Assembly: GCF_025526975.1 (NCBI RefSeq)
Contig: NW_026515670.1
Span: 248,001 to 312,000, forward strand
Direction of reading: 5' to 3'
Length of the DNA stretch: 64,000 bases
DNA from: Fimicolochytrium jonesii
Lineage: Eukaryota
A model generated the notes under the pieces. That model worked only from the letters and a program-made list of their open reading frames with translations, was not told where the DNA came from and ran no database searches. Made by a program: the position numbers and the translations under genes. Shown one piece after another: positions 1 through 13,421 of the stretch (positions are counted from its first letter, which is position 1; each line of letters begins with the position of its first letter).

Positions 1-814
1 CCACTCGATATGCAACGAAGCCAGAGCTTCTCCCGCTGGGATACCGAGCCAAGGAAGGACGGAGCTGAAGCGTTCCGAGGCGGTCAGGTGTTCGAGGGTC
101 AAGACCTGTTGGACGCTCAGAGTGGGACAGGTGCTGATGTGGGTGTTGGGTATGCTCAGGGGTCGTCGGTCAGGAATACCTCGGTTAGTACCAGGATTCA
201 GTATCTGAACAAAACTTTCACATGCCACCTAACTACCACTCTAAACCCATCACACATATCCTATTCCCGCAGACAAGACCCACCCCTCGGCCGCAAGACC
301 ACACCTCCGCACCCCTCTCTGCTGGTTCTACAACCGACAAGCAAACAGCCATCCATGAAGAAGCCCAACGCATCGCGCGACTTAACCCGGATGCGCCGGA
401 GTTTGCGCCTGTTTGGGGTGCTGTTGGCGCGGGGACTAGATCTACGGATGAACGCGTGGCGAGGAAGGAGAGCGAGTGGGGTGGTGCGCCGGGTGTCCAG
501 GGTGGGTGGGGGTGGCAGGCTGGGAATACCGTATGTGTCCTCTGTATTCGCTTCCGTACCTCAATATAGGACGCAGTCTGTTCATGTTTTCGTATTATCT
601 TGTTTAGGCACCGATGACCACCACCACCGCACCCGAGACCCAACAGGGCCTCCCTGCGAAATCACTGAATTTGAGCTCGTACACTATCCCGTTGAAGTCG
701 AGGCCGAGTGATGAACCGGGGTTGAGGAGGAGCCAGTCGGAGGGACATATGGCGCCGGCTGCTGAGGGGGGGTCTCAGATGGTAGGTGGGATGAATAGGA
801 TGGCGTTGGTTTGA
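1..814 (+). CDS. 3' part of a spliced gene encoding a low-complexity protein with a PAM2 (PABP-binding) motif
   Basis: Introns 184-272 and 531-607 (GT..AG, phase 0) join ORF frames 10.., 222.. and 614..814. The peptide ARLNPDAPEFAP matches the PAM2 consensus xxLNxxAxEFxP. The 5' end probably lies outside the window. Confidence 0.55.
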
Positions 815-906
815 GTCGAGGGGGTGGGGTGTAGTAAGATTATTGAAGAAGGGTTCCGCTATGCATCATTTACCCGTCGTTCATTCTGAATGATTATCGC
901 AACCAG

Positions 907-2424
907 ATGCTCGGCAACCAAAACGGCAACCCCCAACGGCAAGGCTACATCCCCACCTCCTCCCCCATCCACGACACGCTCGTCTCCCGCGTCAAACACC
1001 TCCTCGAGCACCAGATGCGCACTAACCTCGCCTTCGCCGAAGCCGTCGCCGCCGAGTACGGCCGCGAGCTCGCCATGCGCGCCGAATCCCAGCGTCGCGC
1101 GTTTACGAACGAACTCAACCGTCGCGCGCAGGTGTCGGATATCGTTGTGAGGAGACGGATTATGGAGGCGAAGGAGGCGATCACGAGGGAGTTTGAGGAT
1201 CGGCAGAATGCCGCGGAACGGAGGGGGAGTATGGGGGGTGTTGGGGTGTATGCGGAGGGGAACGTGAACCCGGTTGTGGTGAACACCCTCCAGATGCGGA
1301 ACGCGGATCTGGGTCGGGAGGTCCTTATCCTGCGCACCGAACTCGATGCGCAGCGACATGAGAGCCAGAGGTGGCAGAATGAGACGATGCGGCTGCAGGC
1401 GTTGCTGGAGAAGAGTGGGTCGAGGCAGGGATCGGTTACCCCGTCCCAGCATCAGCAGAAGGAGGCGCATGCGGAGTTGGTGGAGCTGTGGAGGGAGAAT
1501 GAGGGGTTGGGGAGGGCGAATAGAGCGCTTCTGGCGAGGAATGAGGCGTTGGAGGCGCTGGTTGGGGGGATGGGGAGCGAGTGGAGGGATGTGGCGGAGG
1601 TAAGGTTTTGTTGATTTAGACTTTCTTTCGTACATCGGGATGGTGTATTGACAGAATCTTCTTTGATCAGCTTCAATGCCCCCACCAGATGAGCGCCACA
1701 TCGGTCCAAGGCAACCCAAAAGGCAGGGACATCACGCGAAGCGAACAACATGAAGTATCGGAAGACCCGCAGTTGATCAACATCGAAATCGAGGATGAAA
1801 ACGACGAAGAACAAGCGCAGGCTGAACCCGAACCGGAATTGTTTACGGCTGATGACGGCTCTCACGCCGGCCAGTCGCAGATCCAGTGGAGGTCTTCGAG
1901 GGAGGCTGGAGATGGGTTGAAGGGTGATGGTGCTGGGAACGATACCCGCCAGGTACTACTCGCTGTTTTTTTTCACCATTGTAAGTCTTAATGGCTGATT
2001 TGCCTGTGTACAGAAAAATCCGTCCTACAACCCGCGCTCCAGCTTCACTCAGTCCGAAGCCTTCACCTACAACGCGACATCTCCGCCGTTCACGCCTCAC
2101 TTTTCCATGACGTCTGAGAACGGAAATGCTCACAAGACCGAAACGACTGAGGCGGGACAGGTAGTGCTTGTTTCTCCTTTGCGTTTGTTTCCATTATGCC
2201 TTACTCATAATTGTACGGATGCTCAACAGACGTCAGCAACCCATCCATCCCCCTCAGCCAAGTCAACCTCTAGCGCCACCGCAGCACCCACAAAGACCAT
2301 GTACACCCGAGAAATGGTCGACAGCGTCTACGCCTCTGCCCTCGGGTTTGCCAAGAACAGTTCATCTGCACCGGGGTCGTCGGCTGCCCAGGAGGCTCAG
2401 AATACGTTCTTTGGTTTCGCTTGA
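907..2424 (+). CDS. Hypothetical coiled-coil protein, about 4 exons
   Basis: ORF 907-1599 is E/R/Q/L-rich and heptad-like. GT-AG introns at about 1600-1670, 1953-2013 and 2161-2229 link it to ORFs 1689.. and 2107..2424. Confidence 0.55.
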
Positions 2425-3079
2425 GAACATTGGCTCACCTCGAACATCTGCGCCAAGCCGGCGTCTCTACGCGAAGATCTCTGGAAACTCCTCCACGGAC
2501 GCACCCCCGAAACCAAGATCTGCGATTTTCCTCGTATTACTGAACATGGACGACAAAACAGAGAAAAAATCATAAATATTTGTGAGCCTGATCGGGGTTA
2601 TTGAGTGGGGGTGCCCGTTTGCTTTTTTGATGCGCTTATGGCTTGCTTTGTACGTAGTGATATATTTGTGAATTATGAATGTATGTATTGAGTCATGGGA
2701 CTCCTGAGTGAATACATTTGTATATCCTCTTGTCATCTTTCCCGTGTTGGACGATTGGGAGGATGGGTTGGTTGGCGAAGGTTGACAGCAAATCGACGGG
2801 GCAGTCTGAGAGTGTCGAAATGGGCGCCCCCTGAAACACTCCCATCAAAGAAAGACGCGGTGATGATTCATCGGTCGGCCGTTCGTTCCCACGTCTCTCT
2901 GAGAGCTCTGAGCCTGCCCAAAAATCGCTCGTTTTCTCAACTATATACAGTACGTTTCGGTCCTCAATTCCGCCTCGTTCCCCACCCAACCTCATTTTCC
3001 CACGATACTACGACAGGTTACCCACTCTGCCACTCAACAACACCACGACAGACGACAGACCACAGCTTCTCCACTAACG

Positions 3080-6000
3080 ATGGACACAAGCCGCATGAAG
3101 TTCGTCTCCCGCGGCGGAACCCAGCTCGATATCTTCTCCAACGCACTCGCCAGGCGGCAGTCCGTCTCCAACCCCGCGTCGAATAGCGCCTCTGCACAAG
3201 CGCTGGGTGCTCGGGTCTTGGAGGCGAGAAATGCGACGGCGAAGAAACTGAGTACTTTTGAGGGGGTGTTTATTCCGGTGTTTCTGTCTATTTGGGTAGG
3301 TTGGGGTGGACGGTGTTTGTAATCGTCGTGAGAACGTGAAGTCTGACGAAAATGTTTCCCAGGGAGTCTTGGCGTTCCTCCGGCTGCCGTGGGTGGTTGG
3401 ACAATCCGGTCTCGTTGGCACCATCGGCCTCTTCACCCTCGGCTACTTCCTCACTGGCACCACAGCACTCTCGCTCTCCGCCATCTCCAGCAACGGGCAA
3501 GTCGGCGGCGGCGGGCCATACTATGTCATATCACGGTGTCTCGGTCCCGAATTCGGCGGGTCTATCGGCGTGCTTTTTTACTCAGGCACGGTGCTTGGGG
3601 CTGTGTTGAATCTGTTGGGATTCGTTGAGCCGCTGTTGGCGTCGTTTGGGGAGGAGAAGGGGATGTTGGGGAAGGTGCTACCGGAGGGGGTTTGGTGGCA
3701 GTTGTTGTATGCGACGTGTGTGGGGCTGCTTTGTGTGGCGTTGTGTTTGGTGGGGTCTGCGGTAGGTTTCATGTCTTCTGTTGTCGCAAGTGTATAATAT
3801 TGCGAGTCTGACGTGGAGTATCTTGATAGGTCGTTGGTCGACTTTCGGTCTGGCTCGCGATCGCCCTTCTCGTCTCCACCTTCTCGGCAATGGGGTCTCT
3901 AGCCCTGCGACTACCTTTCGGAGACCCGGACTCAAGCGTCTACTTCAACGGCTTCAACAGCGTCACCCTGCACGCAAACCTGTTCCCCCACTTCACAACC
4001 GACTTAGGCGTGCAGCAAAGTCTACGGTCCGTGTTTTCCATCGTCTTCCCCGCCTGCACAGGTATCCTCGCCGGCGCCTCCATGAGCGGCGACCTAAAAA
4101 CTCCCAGCCAGTCCATCTCAAAAGGGACCATTCGCGCGATGGGGTTCACGTACATCTTGTATGTCGTCCTGGCGCTGTTGATTGCCGGGTCGATCGATCG
4201 GGCGGTGTTGAGGACCGATCTGAATGTTTTGCAGGATGTGTCGATTGTTCCGGCGTTGGTGGCTGTGGGTGTCGCTGCTACGTGTTTCTTTTCCGCGTTG
4301 GGGAGCTTGCTTGGGGCTGCGAAGATGTTGCAGGCGATCATCAGAGGTATTGTCGATGGTATCAGCGGAACGCATATGACCTCACCACCACTGATACTTC
4401 GTGAAACTACTTTATAGACGATCTACTTCCCATTCCTGCTAAAGCTCGTGAAGCCCTGTCGGGCGGGGATGAACCTGTATGGGCGATTTTCTTGACGTTC
4501 GGCCTGATCCAAGCTGCGCTGTTCGCAGTTAGCGATATGAATCAGGTGGGCTTTTCTGTCTTTCCCTCGTCTCCTAATTGTGTTACTCGCTTACATCGCT
4601 TTCGAAGATTGCACCTTACGTTGCGATGTTTTCGCTGCTGACGGTATGGCTTAACACAGAGCGCCGTCCCAGTCTCTTCTCGCACCCCTTAATCCTTTTC
4701 ATTCTCAGTTCGGAGTCCTGAACCTCGCCTGCCTCCTCCTCCGCATCTCCGGCTCCCCCAACTTCCGCCCGTCCTTCAAAACCTTCTCCTGGCGCACCGC
4801 CGCCTCGGGTTTCGCCGGCTGCCTGGTCGCCATGTTTGTCGTAGATGACATCCACGCCATGTACTCCTGCGTGTTGGGAGGCGCTTTGTTTGTGGTTATT
4901 CATTACTCAGCGCCGCCGAAGAGTTGGGGGGATGTTACGCAGAGTTTGATTTATCATCAGGTCAGGATAGGAATGGGATGTGGTGGGATGTGTGTACGTT
5001 TGCTGACTGGGTGGTGATCGTAGGTCCGGAAGTATCTCCTGCGGTTGGACGTTAGGAAGGATCATGTCAAGGTATGCATGCCCGGTTACGGCATTAGACA
5101 ATTCGGCAACCTAATCGTATCCTCGATAGTTTTGGCGTCCCCAGATATTGGTCCTTGTACAAGACCCTCGGCAGGATTTGCTTTTCATAAAGGTAAGCGT
5201 CCACAGGCTCGGTTAGGAAGCGTATGAACGACATCTAATAAACGCTTCCTGGCCCTCAGTTCTTAAACGACATGAAAAAAGGCGGCCTCTTCGTCCTAAG
5301 TCACATCATAAAAGGAGACTTCACTACCAAGCTACCAGACTACAAGAGGCAGCTCCCCGCCTGGTTGCGATACATCGATATCGCCCATGTCAAGGCGTTC
5401 GTGCAGCTTACGATTTCGCAGAACGAGCGTGTTGGGGCGCAGAATTTGCTTTTGGGGGGCGGCCTGGGTGGGATGAAGCCGAATATTATCGTAAGTCGGA
5501 GGCGTATGTTTCAGCCGTGGGTATCAGTGAGTGAGCGGTTTGCTAACATGTTGCACATTTCAGGCCCTAGGCTTCCTCGAAAGCAACCGCCGCACCCCCG
5601 ACTCAGACGAGGAATCCCTCACAGGCTCCCACACCGGCGGCGCCTTCACCATGTACTCCCGCACCAGCCCCGCACACAACCTCGCGGAACAAGTCGAGGA
5701 ACTCAACAGGGACCCGTTAGCTGCCGACCTACCCAACTCCGTCGATCTGGACGACGGGATCGCGGAGACGGATTATGTGGGGATTATTGAGGACGCGTTG
5801 GCGTTGGATAAGGCGGTTGCGGTGGCGAGGGGGTTCGAGAGGTTGGAGAGGGGGCCGGAGGTGAGGAGGAAGAGGATGGCGCAAGGGAGGTTGACGAGTT
5901 ATGCTGTTGAGGAGTATAAGCGGTGAGATTATGGGATTGGCACGAGTGCGCGTGTGGGATAGAGCTGATGATATTCACAGGTTCTCGATCTTCCTCTCCA

Positions 6001-6986
6001 ACCGCTTCTCCCAAGCCTTCCCCGACAACGTCATGTTCACATCCCCCAACGAGGCCTCCCCACTCCTCCCTTCCAACTCAAGCACCACTTCCAGCGGCTC
6101 CGACTCCCAAACCAAAGAACCACCCAAACCGCAGTACATCGACCTCTGGCCAATGCAGCTAGCCCAATCGGGTAGCGGCAGGGGAGCGTACAGCTTTGAA
6201 TCGTACACGATGGTGCTGCAGTTGGGAACGATCTTGCATATGGTCCCGCATTGGAGGGATAGCTATAAGCTCCGGACGGTGGTTTTTGTGGAGTTTGAGG
6301 GGGATGCGGAGGAGGAGAGGGTTAGGGTGGCTGCACTGCTGCGTGGTCTCCGTGTTGATGTGAGTTTCTCGTTCCACCATTTCACACACTTTGTTTCAAC
6401 AAACCTGAAGAGATAATCTTTTCCAAGGCTGAGGTACACATGGTCTACCTCCGCCCACACACCGGCCCCTCCTCATCACCCGAATACGAACGCATCTGCC
6501 GCGAAATCTCCCGGAACATCAGCCCGACCGATACCTCACGGCGTCTATCCGCCCGATTATCAAGCACACGTCTCTCCCGCGAATACCTCTCCACGTTCAA
6601 CGTCAAAGATTACGATGGTGATGCGGAATCATCTCGCGGTGTTCGGTCACCACCATCGCGGAGACAGATACCGATATTCGACAGCCTCCCAACCCGCATG
6701 CAACATATAATCCTAAACGAATTGTTGCAACATTGGTCGGGGCATGCGACTACGGCGGTAGTTTTGATGACTTTGCCGGCGCCGGAGCCTGGGTTTGTTA
6801 TTCTCCTCCTTTCTTCCATATCTTTTGCGTCGCTTTAACCGTATGACTTTTTTTTTGATTGATAGAACGGCGGATAATAGTGAGAGATCGACGACGTATT
6901 TACAGGAACTGGATTTGTTGACGAAGGACTTGCCGCCGACTTTGTTGGTGCATGGGAAGGGGTTGACTGTTACTATGGAGCTATGA
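3080..6986 (+). CDS. SLC12-family cation-chloride cotransporter (Vhc1/CCC-like), multi-exon
   Basis: Motifs KLSTFEGVFIP, SLSAISSNGQVGGGGPYYVISRCLGPEFGGSIG, FSIVFPACTGILAGASMSGDLK, WGDVTQSLIYHQVRK, GLGGMKPNII, YIDLWP and C-terminal DLPPTLLVHG. Confidence 0.93.
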
Positions 6987-7752
6987 GAGTGCTTTCCTCT
7001 AGGTATCTTTACGGGCGGTGGTACATGGTTGGACATCCATCCCTATTATATTAGAGGGCGGCGGCGTACGTGTAAATAGGACCTTGAGATTCAAACGCAA
7101 ATAAGAAGTTGTCACCACTTTCGAAATACCGAATCATAAATGATACATTGTGTTATGCAGCACATTCAGTCGTTGGCAGTCCGAGAATGCGCCGACGGCG
7201 TTTTTCGGTGATTTTCAGAAAACCCTGGCGAGAAGAATGCTGTCAATGTCCAAGAACGCGCTGTCGGAATCGTCGAAATCACGAAGTCCTACTACTAAAT
7301 TTAGATGTTTTCGAGTGCCGTAAGCAGCTCCGAATCCGAAAAGTCGCCCGTTAACTTTGATTAAACGTGAGCGTTATTTTCTCTTGGCGCTGTTTGCGGG
7401 AATGATTGAAAGGCCAAGGGGTGTTTACCTGCCCCTAAGCCCAAATAGACATCTACAGAAGGCGAGGTCGGTGTCCAGAAAGCCTCTTTTTTCGGGTGTG
7501 ATCGGCTGTCTTGGCAAACGAAGGTTTCGGGGTCTCTGTAGAGCAGAGCGCACTCTCTGTTGAGCAGAGGGATATATCGTTAGTAGCAGGCTTGCGTTGA
7601 ACCGCAGCAATAAACATCATACACAAAACCGTCCATCGGCTTCCTCCCTTATAAAAGTCCGAACTAGCACTTTCCAATCCCCCTCTTCCCTCCATCAACC
7701 CCATCACTCCTCGCCCACCACGTCCTACCCAACCCCCTCAGCGCCAGACGCA

Positions 7753-10358
7753 ATGCCTAATACCCACCAAGTATACCCGACCGCCTACGACGACGGCCAG
7801 CAATGGGCGGCGGCCCGGAATAGCGGTCCGCCACAGGGCTACCGCATGCCCCCGCAACAACACCCCGGGGGCGGTGGCGGTGGATTCTACCCACCAGCCC
7901 AGCCGCATCAGCAGTACTACCCCCAACAGCCGTACGCCGCCCCGCCTGCCCATTCACATGCGTACAGCGAGCCCGTGTACAGGCAGCCGCCACCGCAAGG
8001 GCATTACCAGCAGGCGCCCCCACAGCAGCAGCACTATAAGCAGCCGCAGGGATACCCCGCTGGCCCGAACCCGTATATCCAGCGAACCGCGCAGGAGAAC
8101 CAGGATGGGATATACCCGGCGCCGTTGCCGCAGCAGCAGGGGCGGGGCGGTCCCCCCGCTGGAGGGAACCCGAAGTATGAGATGGAGCCGGCGCCACGGG
8201 CGGAGAATATCTATAATCGGAAGTGTAGGGATGTGATTTGGTTGATTATTTTTCTGATCATGTTTGCGGCTATGTGTGCTGTGGGATACTATTCGATTCG
8301 TTATGGGAATGTTGATAGGTGAGTAACGTGGGATTTGGCACACAGAAGGATGGAGCTGTGGTATTAACACTGGTTCAGGTTGATCTACGGCCGCGACTCC
8401 GAGGGGAACCTCTGCGGCGCCCCCAACGGCACCGACTCCTCCCGCGATCTCCGAGGGCAGACAGACTTAGTCTACTTCCTCAACGACAACGATTACCGCC
8501 GCTGCGTCGACGGATGCCCATCTGTAACAGCCGACTACAACACCGTGATCTGCAAATACGACGTCGTCATCGCCGCCTCCGTCTCCGACAGGGCCGCCCA
8601 AATCCAAAGCGGCGACTGCTCACTGACCATCGAATCCAAAGCCGTCCTCAACCGCTGTATCCCATTGCAGCTGCTAAGCGACATCCAGACCGCCGCCAAC
8701 GCGTCGCTTCACAACCAGACGTACACAGCCTCGGGCTACTCCTTCGAGTTTGCCCGGCTCTTTTCGGCGGAACTGGACGCCCGCGACGCAGCGACGGCGA
8801 TCTTCCAAGACCTTGCGCAGAACTGGTGGGTCATCCTCGTCTGCGTCGGGGGTTCGTTCGTGCTCGCGTTCCTCTATATGCTGCTGCTGCAGTGGTTTGC
8901 GTCGTTGATGGTGTGGGGGAGCATCTTTGTGGTTCTCGGCGTCGCGTGGGCGCTGGGGTTCTACTTTATCTACAATTATGTGCGGATCAAGGTGTTGCAT
9001 CAGAATATGCTGAGCGTTGGGTTTTCGCAAATCGATTCGGTGCTCTATAATGAGAAGCTGTTGCTGGTTCTAGGTATGTTCAGGAAACGGTGCTATCTGT
9101 TAGAAGCCGCGCTCACAGAATCTTGTGTCGAATAGGTTGCATCACCGGAGGAATCGCTCTGATCCTAACGCTAGTTATCCTATGCCTGGGCCGGCGGATC
9201 CGCCTCGCCACCAAAATCGTCAAAGAAGCCAGCGCCGCCCTGCGCGCAATGCCCTTCATTGTCTTCTTCCCGTTCCTCAAGTACACCGTCATTCTCATCT
9301 GGATGGCCGTGTTCGTGGCCGTGATGGCGCTCCTGGCCACATCAGGCACGGAGATCACAACCGCGGTGGAGGGCGACGTCAACGACCAGCTATCGAAGAC
9401 GGGAAAGAAATACGAGAACCAGCCTACGCTGCAGTATCTTCAGATTTACTTTACGTTTGGGTTCCTTTGGGTTTATAACTGGATTATCGCTATTGGGCAG
9501 ACTACGATAGCAGGTAAGAGCCCCAAATTTGTGTTTTTGCGCTTTTTGAGGTATATTCCTAATACGTCATGTCGCACTGTAGGATCGATAGCAACATGGT
9601 ACTGGGCACGGGACAAAAAGAACCTCCCATCCTTCCCCGTCATCCGCGCCCTCGGCCGTACATTCCGCTACCACCTCGGATCTCTGGCGCTAGGATCTCT
9701 CCTAATCGCCATCGTACAGCTGATCCGATTGGTGATCTTCGAGATGCAGAGGAGGCTGAAGGGAACGGGCAACAAGGCAGCGCAATATTTGCTCTGCTGC
9801 CTGCAATGCTGTTTCAAATGCATCGAGGCGATACTGAAGATGTTGACGAAGAATGCGTATGTGGAGATTGCGGTTTATGGATACAGTTTCTGTACGGCCG
9901 CGAGGATGGCTATGCAGTTGATCGCTGCGAATATCGTTAGGTATGTGGAACTTCAACTGACCTTCGATAACCTCTCAGAAAGCGCGATGGCTCATACACA
10001 CGCTCTCTACTTGTTTAGGATGGTGGTGGTCCACAAAGTGGGCACCTTCCTCATTTTCGTCGGCAAACTCTGTATCGTCCTTATCACAACACTGGGCGGC
10101 CTCGGTCTCCTGGTCCATCTCGAAGGGAAGGACCAGGTTTTCGCCAACTACGCCGTCCCTCTGATCTTCATCATCATCTTCTCCTACCTGACGGCCTCCG
10201 CTTTCCTGTCGACGTTCTCGATGGCGATTACGACGATCTTCTTGAGTTTCTGTGAAGACAGCCAGAGGAATGATGGAAGCAGGGAGCGGCCGTATTACAT
10301 GTCGAAGAACCTGGAGAAGTTTGTTGATAAGCATGCGCATGATAAGCCGATGGTGTGA
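7753..10358 (+). CDS. Choline transporter-like protein (CTL/SLC44/Pns1 family) with P/Q/Y-rich N-terminus
   Basis: Motifs RKCRDVIWLIIF, YGRDSEGNLCG, RYHLGSLALGSLLIAIVQ, CCLQCCFKCIE, KNAYVEIAVYGYSFCTAA, IFLSFCED and PYYMS. Several short introns. Confidence 0.93.
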
Positions 10359-11801
10359 GGGGTGGCAGGGCCTGAAGGAAACGAGAGAAGAACAATGTCT
10401 GTCGGGAGTTAGCTGATATTGCATGACACTATCTGAGGAATTTGTGGGACAGTGCGAAAACAAAATAGCGGACGGGGGCAATCAGGCGCTATTGAGTTCT
10501 TTCTGAAAGTTGGAGTGATTTTGTCATAGGGAATACATGGCTGAGCAACGAACGGTTAAGGCCTTCATATCCTCAAAGGAGAAGAAACCCGGCTACATTC
10601 AGTGCATAGAGGGCAAGCTTGGTGAATGCGCCTACGAGCGGCAACTGAGAGATATCTCTTCTTCTGCCTCGAGAGCAACCGGCCCCGTGACCAACGGGAA
10701 AGACTAATCGTGTTCTTTACACATGACTAGAGTCGCTGAAGCAGACATTGATAGGTTTCTACTGCAGACACGCTTCCACGACCGCCGTATCAAGTGCCTC
10801 AACTTCTGCCCGCATTCTTTTAAAGGACGCATGGAGCACGTAACTCATTCTTCAATCGAGTATAGACGCCATGTCCAGTGACAGAAAGAGTATGCGCATA
10901 GGGAGACACGGAGTCCATATCCCTTCTCTCGGCACACCGAAGGTCAATATGCAGCAAGGGGTGGTATGACTCGTAGTCTCAGCACTGCTATCCCAAGATT
11001 CCCAACCCAGGGTGCATGTCCCCAACAGAAATCGGCACGTACCCTCAAGCCAAGAGCCTCAACGTTACGGGCAGACAGAGATGATTTATAAACCTTGCCT
11101 TGAATCTAATCCATTGTTGTCTGAGGTTGGCTAATGGAGTCTCTCGCCGCGAAAACTAGCGGCTCGGGAGTATCTTTCCTCGAAGGCGAACCAGGGGTCC
11201 CTTGAGAACGGGGCGGGTGGGATCTCCCGCACCCAACACACATGCAGCTCCGTAAACCTGCCTTCGTAAACCTGCATGCTGTCCCATGGCCGGCACCCGG
11301 TTTCAGCCCGCGCTACATTAACTTGCAGGCTGCCGTCGGACTGCCGTCGGAGTCGGAAGCTGCTTAGTAACGGCAGTTGGCGCCGCAAGTCGCGCGGTCC
11401 CTTTATGTTGTCTAGATCTAAGGATAAGTACAGTACTACCAGATCTTAGCTTAACTCCAGATCTACATAACGCAACATGAACGAATTCATGTCCCGGAGC
11501 GACTCACATGGACATTACAGTGAAGAACCGTCTCGGGTAACTATCATAGCACACAGTGGTTAGGCCATAGGACCAATCACAGTTGTTTAGGAATGATCAT
11601 ATGAGCCATCTTCCGTGTCTGCCTACTCAAAAGTCTTCCTGTAGTTAGCCTGATTCCGTGTCTGCTGCGAACGGCTGATCTGCGCCGAAGTATATAGTCC
11701 TCCTCGTCTCCTCCGCTTTACTCCACGTTCCTTAGTAGGTCCCCTCCTGTTCCGCTTCTTGAGCTTCACTAATCCCGACCAGCATCGATTAGAGCTATCG
11801 C

Positions 11802-12596
11802 ATGATGGTCTCCCCCAAGAACCTCGAGGCGTCGACCAGCACCGTCCCCAACATCACCATCCCCGCCACCCCGCTCATCACCGCCGCCCTAGCGTACGTT
11901 CGCGAGCTCAGCAACTCTTTCACCTACAATCATGTGGTGCGCTGCATGCTCTTCGCCTTGCACATTGGCGCTCGCCACCCCGCCGCCTTCCCTAGTTTTG
12001 ACGCTGAGCTCGTCGCCCTCGCCTCCATTCTGCACGATCTCGGATGGGAGACGCTGTCTGAGAACGCCAGCACGACCGCCGCCGAGCAAAAGCCTCCCAA
12101 CCCGCTCATCAGCGGGGACAAGCGCTTTGAAGTCGACGGCGCCAACGCCGCTCGGGCCTTTGTGCTTAAGCACGCCCCTTCCGCGGCGCAAGACGCGTGG
12201 CCCACCTCCCGCCTCCAACTGCTATGGGACGCCATCGCATTGCATACCAGTCCCAGCATCGCGTTGCACAAAGAGCCTGAAGTACGGCTGATTGCATTGG
12301 GACCCTTTCTTGACTTTCTCGGACCGGATACTCCTATCCCGCTCCCAGTAACCGGGCTGCAGGACGGCGAGCAGATAGTCCTTGAGCGGGAGGTGTGGGA
12401 TGCGGTGGTGGGAAAATATGGAAGGGAAGGGTTTAGAAGCGGCGTCAAGGAGATGATGTGCCACTTTTGTCGAGTGAAGCCGCATACGACGTGGGATAAT
12501 TTTGTGGAAGAGTTTGGGGAGCTATTCGTGGACGGGTACGACAGGGCTGGGAAGACGATTGCGCCACTTCTTTTGGGCGCGAAGGAAGCAGAGTAG
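11802..12596 (+). CDS. HD-domain metal-dependent hydrolase (cyanamide hydratase-like superfamily), intronless
   Basis: Single 264-aa ORF with NHVVR, ILHDLG, RFEVDGANAAR and LWDAIALHT. Confidence 0.85.
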   Translation: MMVSPKNLEASTSTVPNITIPATPLITAALAYVRELSNSFTYNHVVRCMLFALHIGARHPAAFPSFDAELVALASILHDLGWETLSENASTTAAEQKPPNPLISGDKRFEVDGANAARAFVLKHAPSAAQDAWPTSRLQLLWDAIALHTSPSIALHKEPEVRLIALGPFLDFLGPDTPIPLPVTGLQDGEQIVLEREVWDAVVGKYGREGFRSGVKEMMCHFCRVKPHTTWDNFVEEFGELFVDGYDRAGKTIAPLLLGAKEAE

Positions 12597-12696
12597 AGCG
12601 TTGTTGCAGAGGATACGAACTTATCATAGCGTTAGATAGGTGGACTCTCCAGTGCAGGGTCGGATTGCCCCTCTCTTTTTGCGGAGTTGCGCAGAG

Positions 12697-13294
12697 GGGC
12701 CGGCACAGGGGAAAAAAGAGATGGAGGTTGCTAGAATAGATGCAGGTGACGCTGCCCATTCTGCGTCCCTCCTCCGAAACGGACGCCATCAACGCTAAAC
12801 GCAAGCCTCCCCGCGAGTCTGCCCGCGAGTACGCCGTCGGCGCTTGGGTGTATGTGCAGGTGCCAGTAGTTTCTTCCATTGTCCGACGAGAGTAGGCAGA
12901 TTCGTAGGGATCGTTTCATCGCCAGAGGGTTGCCCAATCCAGCCAGCGATAGACGCAAGCCAGCAGCATCTCATCATGACATAAAAGCCACCGAAATACT
13001 GGCTCTATAGGCTCTATAGGCTTTTATGTCATGATGAGATGCACTTCTCCGAAGCCCCTCCCATCTCTGGCAACCTCATTCTTCCAGGGGCGGTTGCGTC
13101 TTCGGCTCAATCTCCAGTTCCGCAGCAGAAGGCTCCGGGACGAATGATGTCCGCTGGCCAACTCCACCCGCATCGGAACGCCCCTTGTCAAAATTTCTAT
13201 CTATCTCAGGGTCTTGGCATCCGGATAGAGAATGGGCAGCGTCACCTGCATCTATTCTAACAACCTCCATCTCTTTTTTCCCCTGTGCCGGCCC
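12697..13294. repeat. Nested inverted repeats: 66-bp outer arms and 24-bp inner arms
   Basis: 12697-12762 is the reverse complement of 13229-13294 with 1 mismatch. 12966-12989 is the perfect reverse complement of 13019-13042. Confidence 0.9.
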
Positions 13295-13421
13295 TCTCTG
13301 TAAGAGTGCCGATCGGCGGGGTCAGGGGACACAATCGCATTCTGCACCGTCCACACCGGTACCGTCCACACATCTTCCCCAGTTCCCATTTCGTGCAAGT
13401 CCCTCCTTTTCTCGAGCCACA

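Noticed and set aside
859..1719. Long antisense ORFs over host genes and pol (e.g. 859..1719, 35818..36765, 37472..38182)
   Set aside because: Shadow frames of GC-rich coding sequence, with no motifs.
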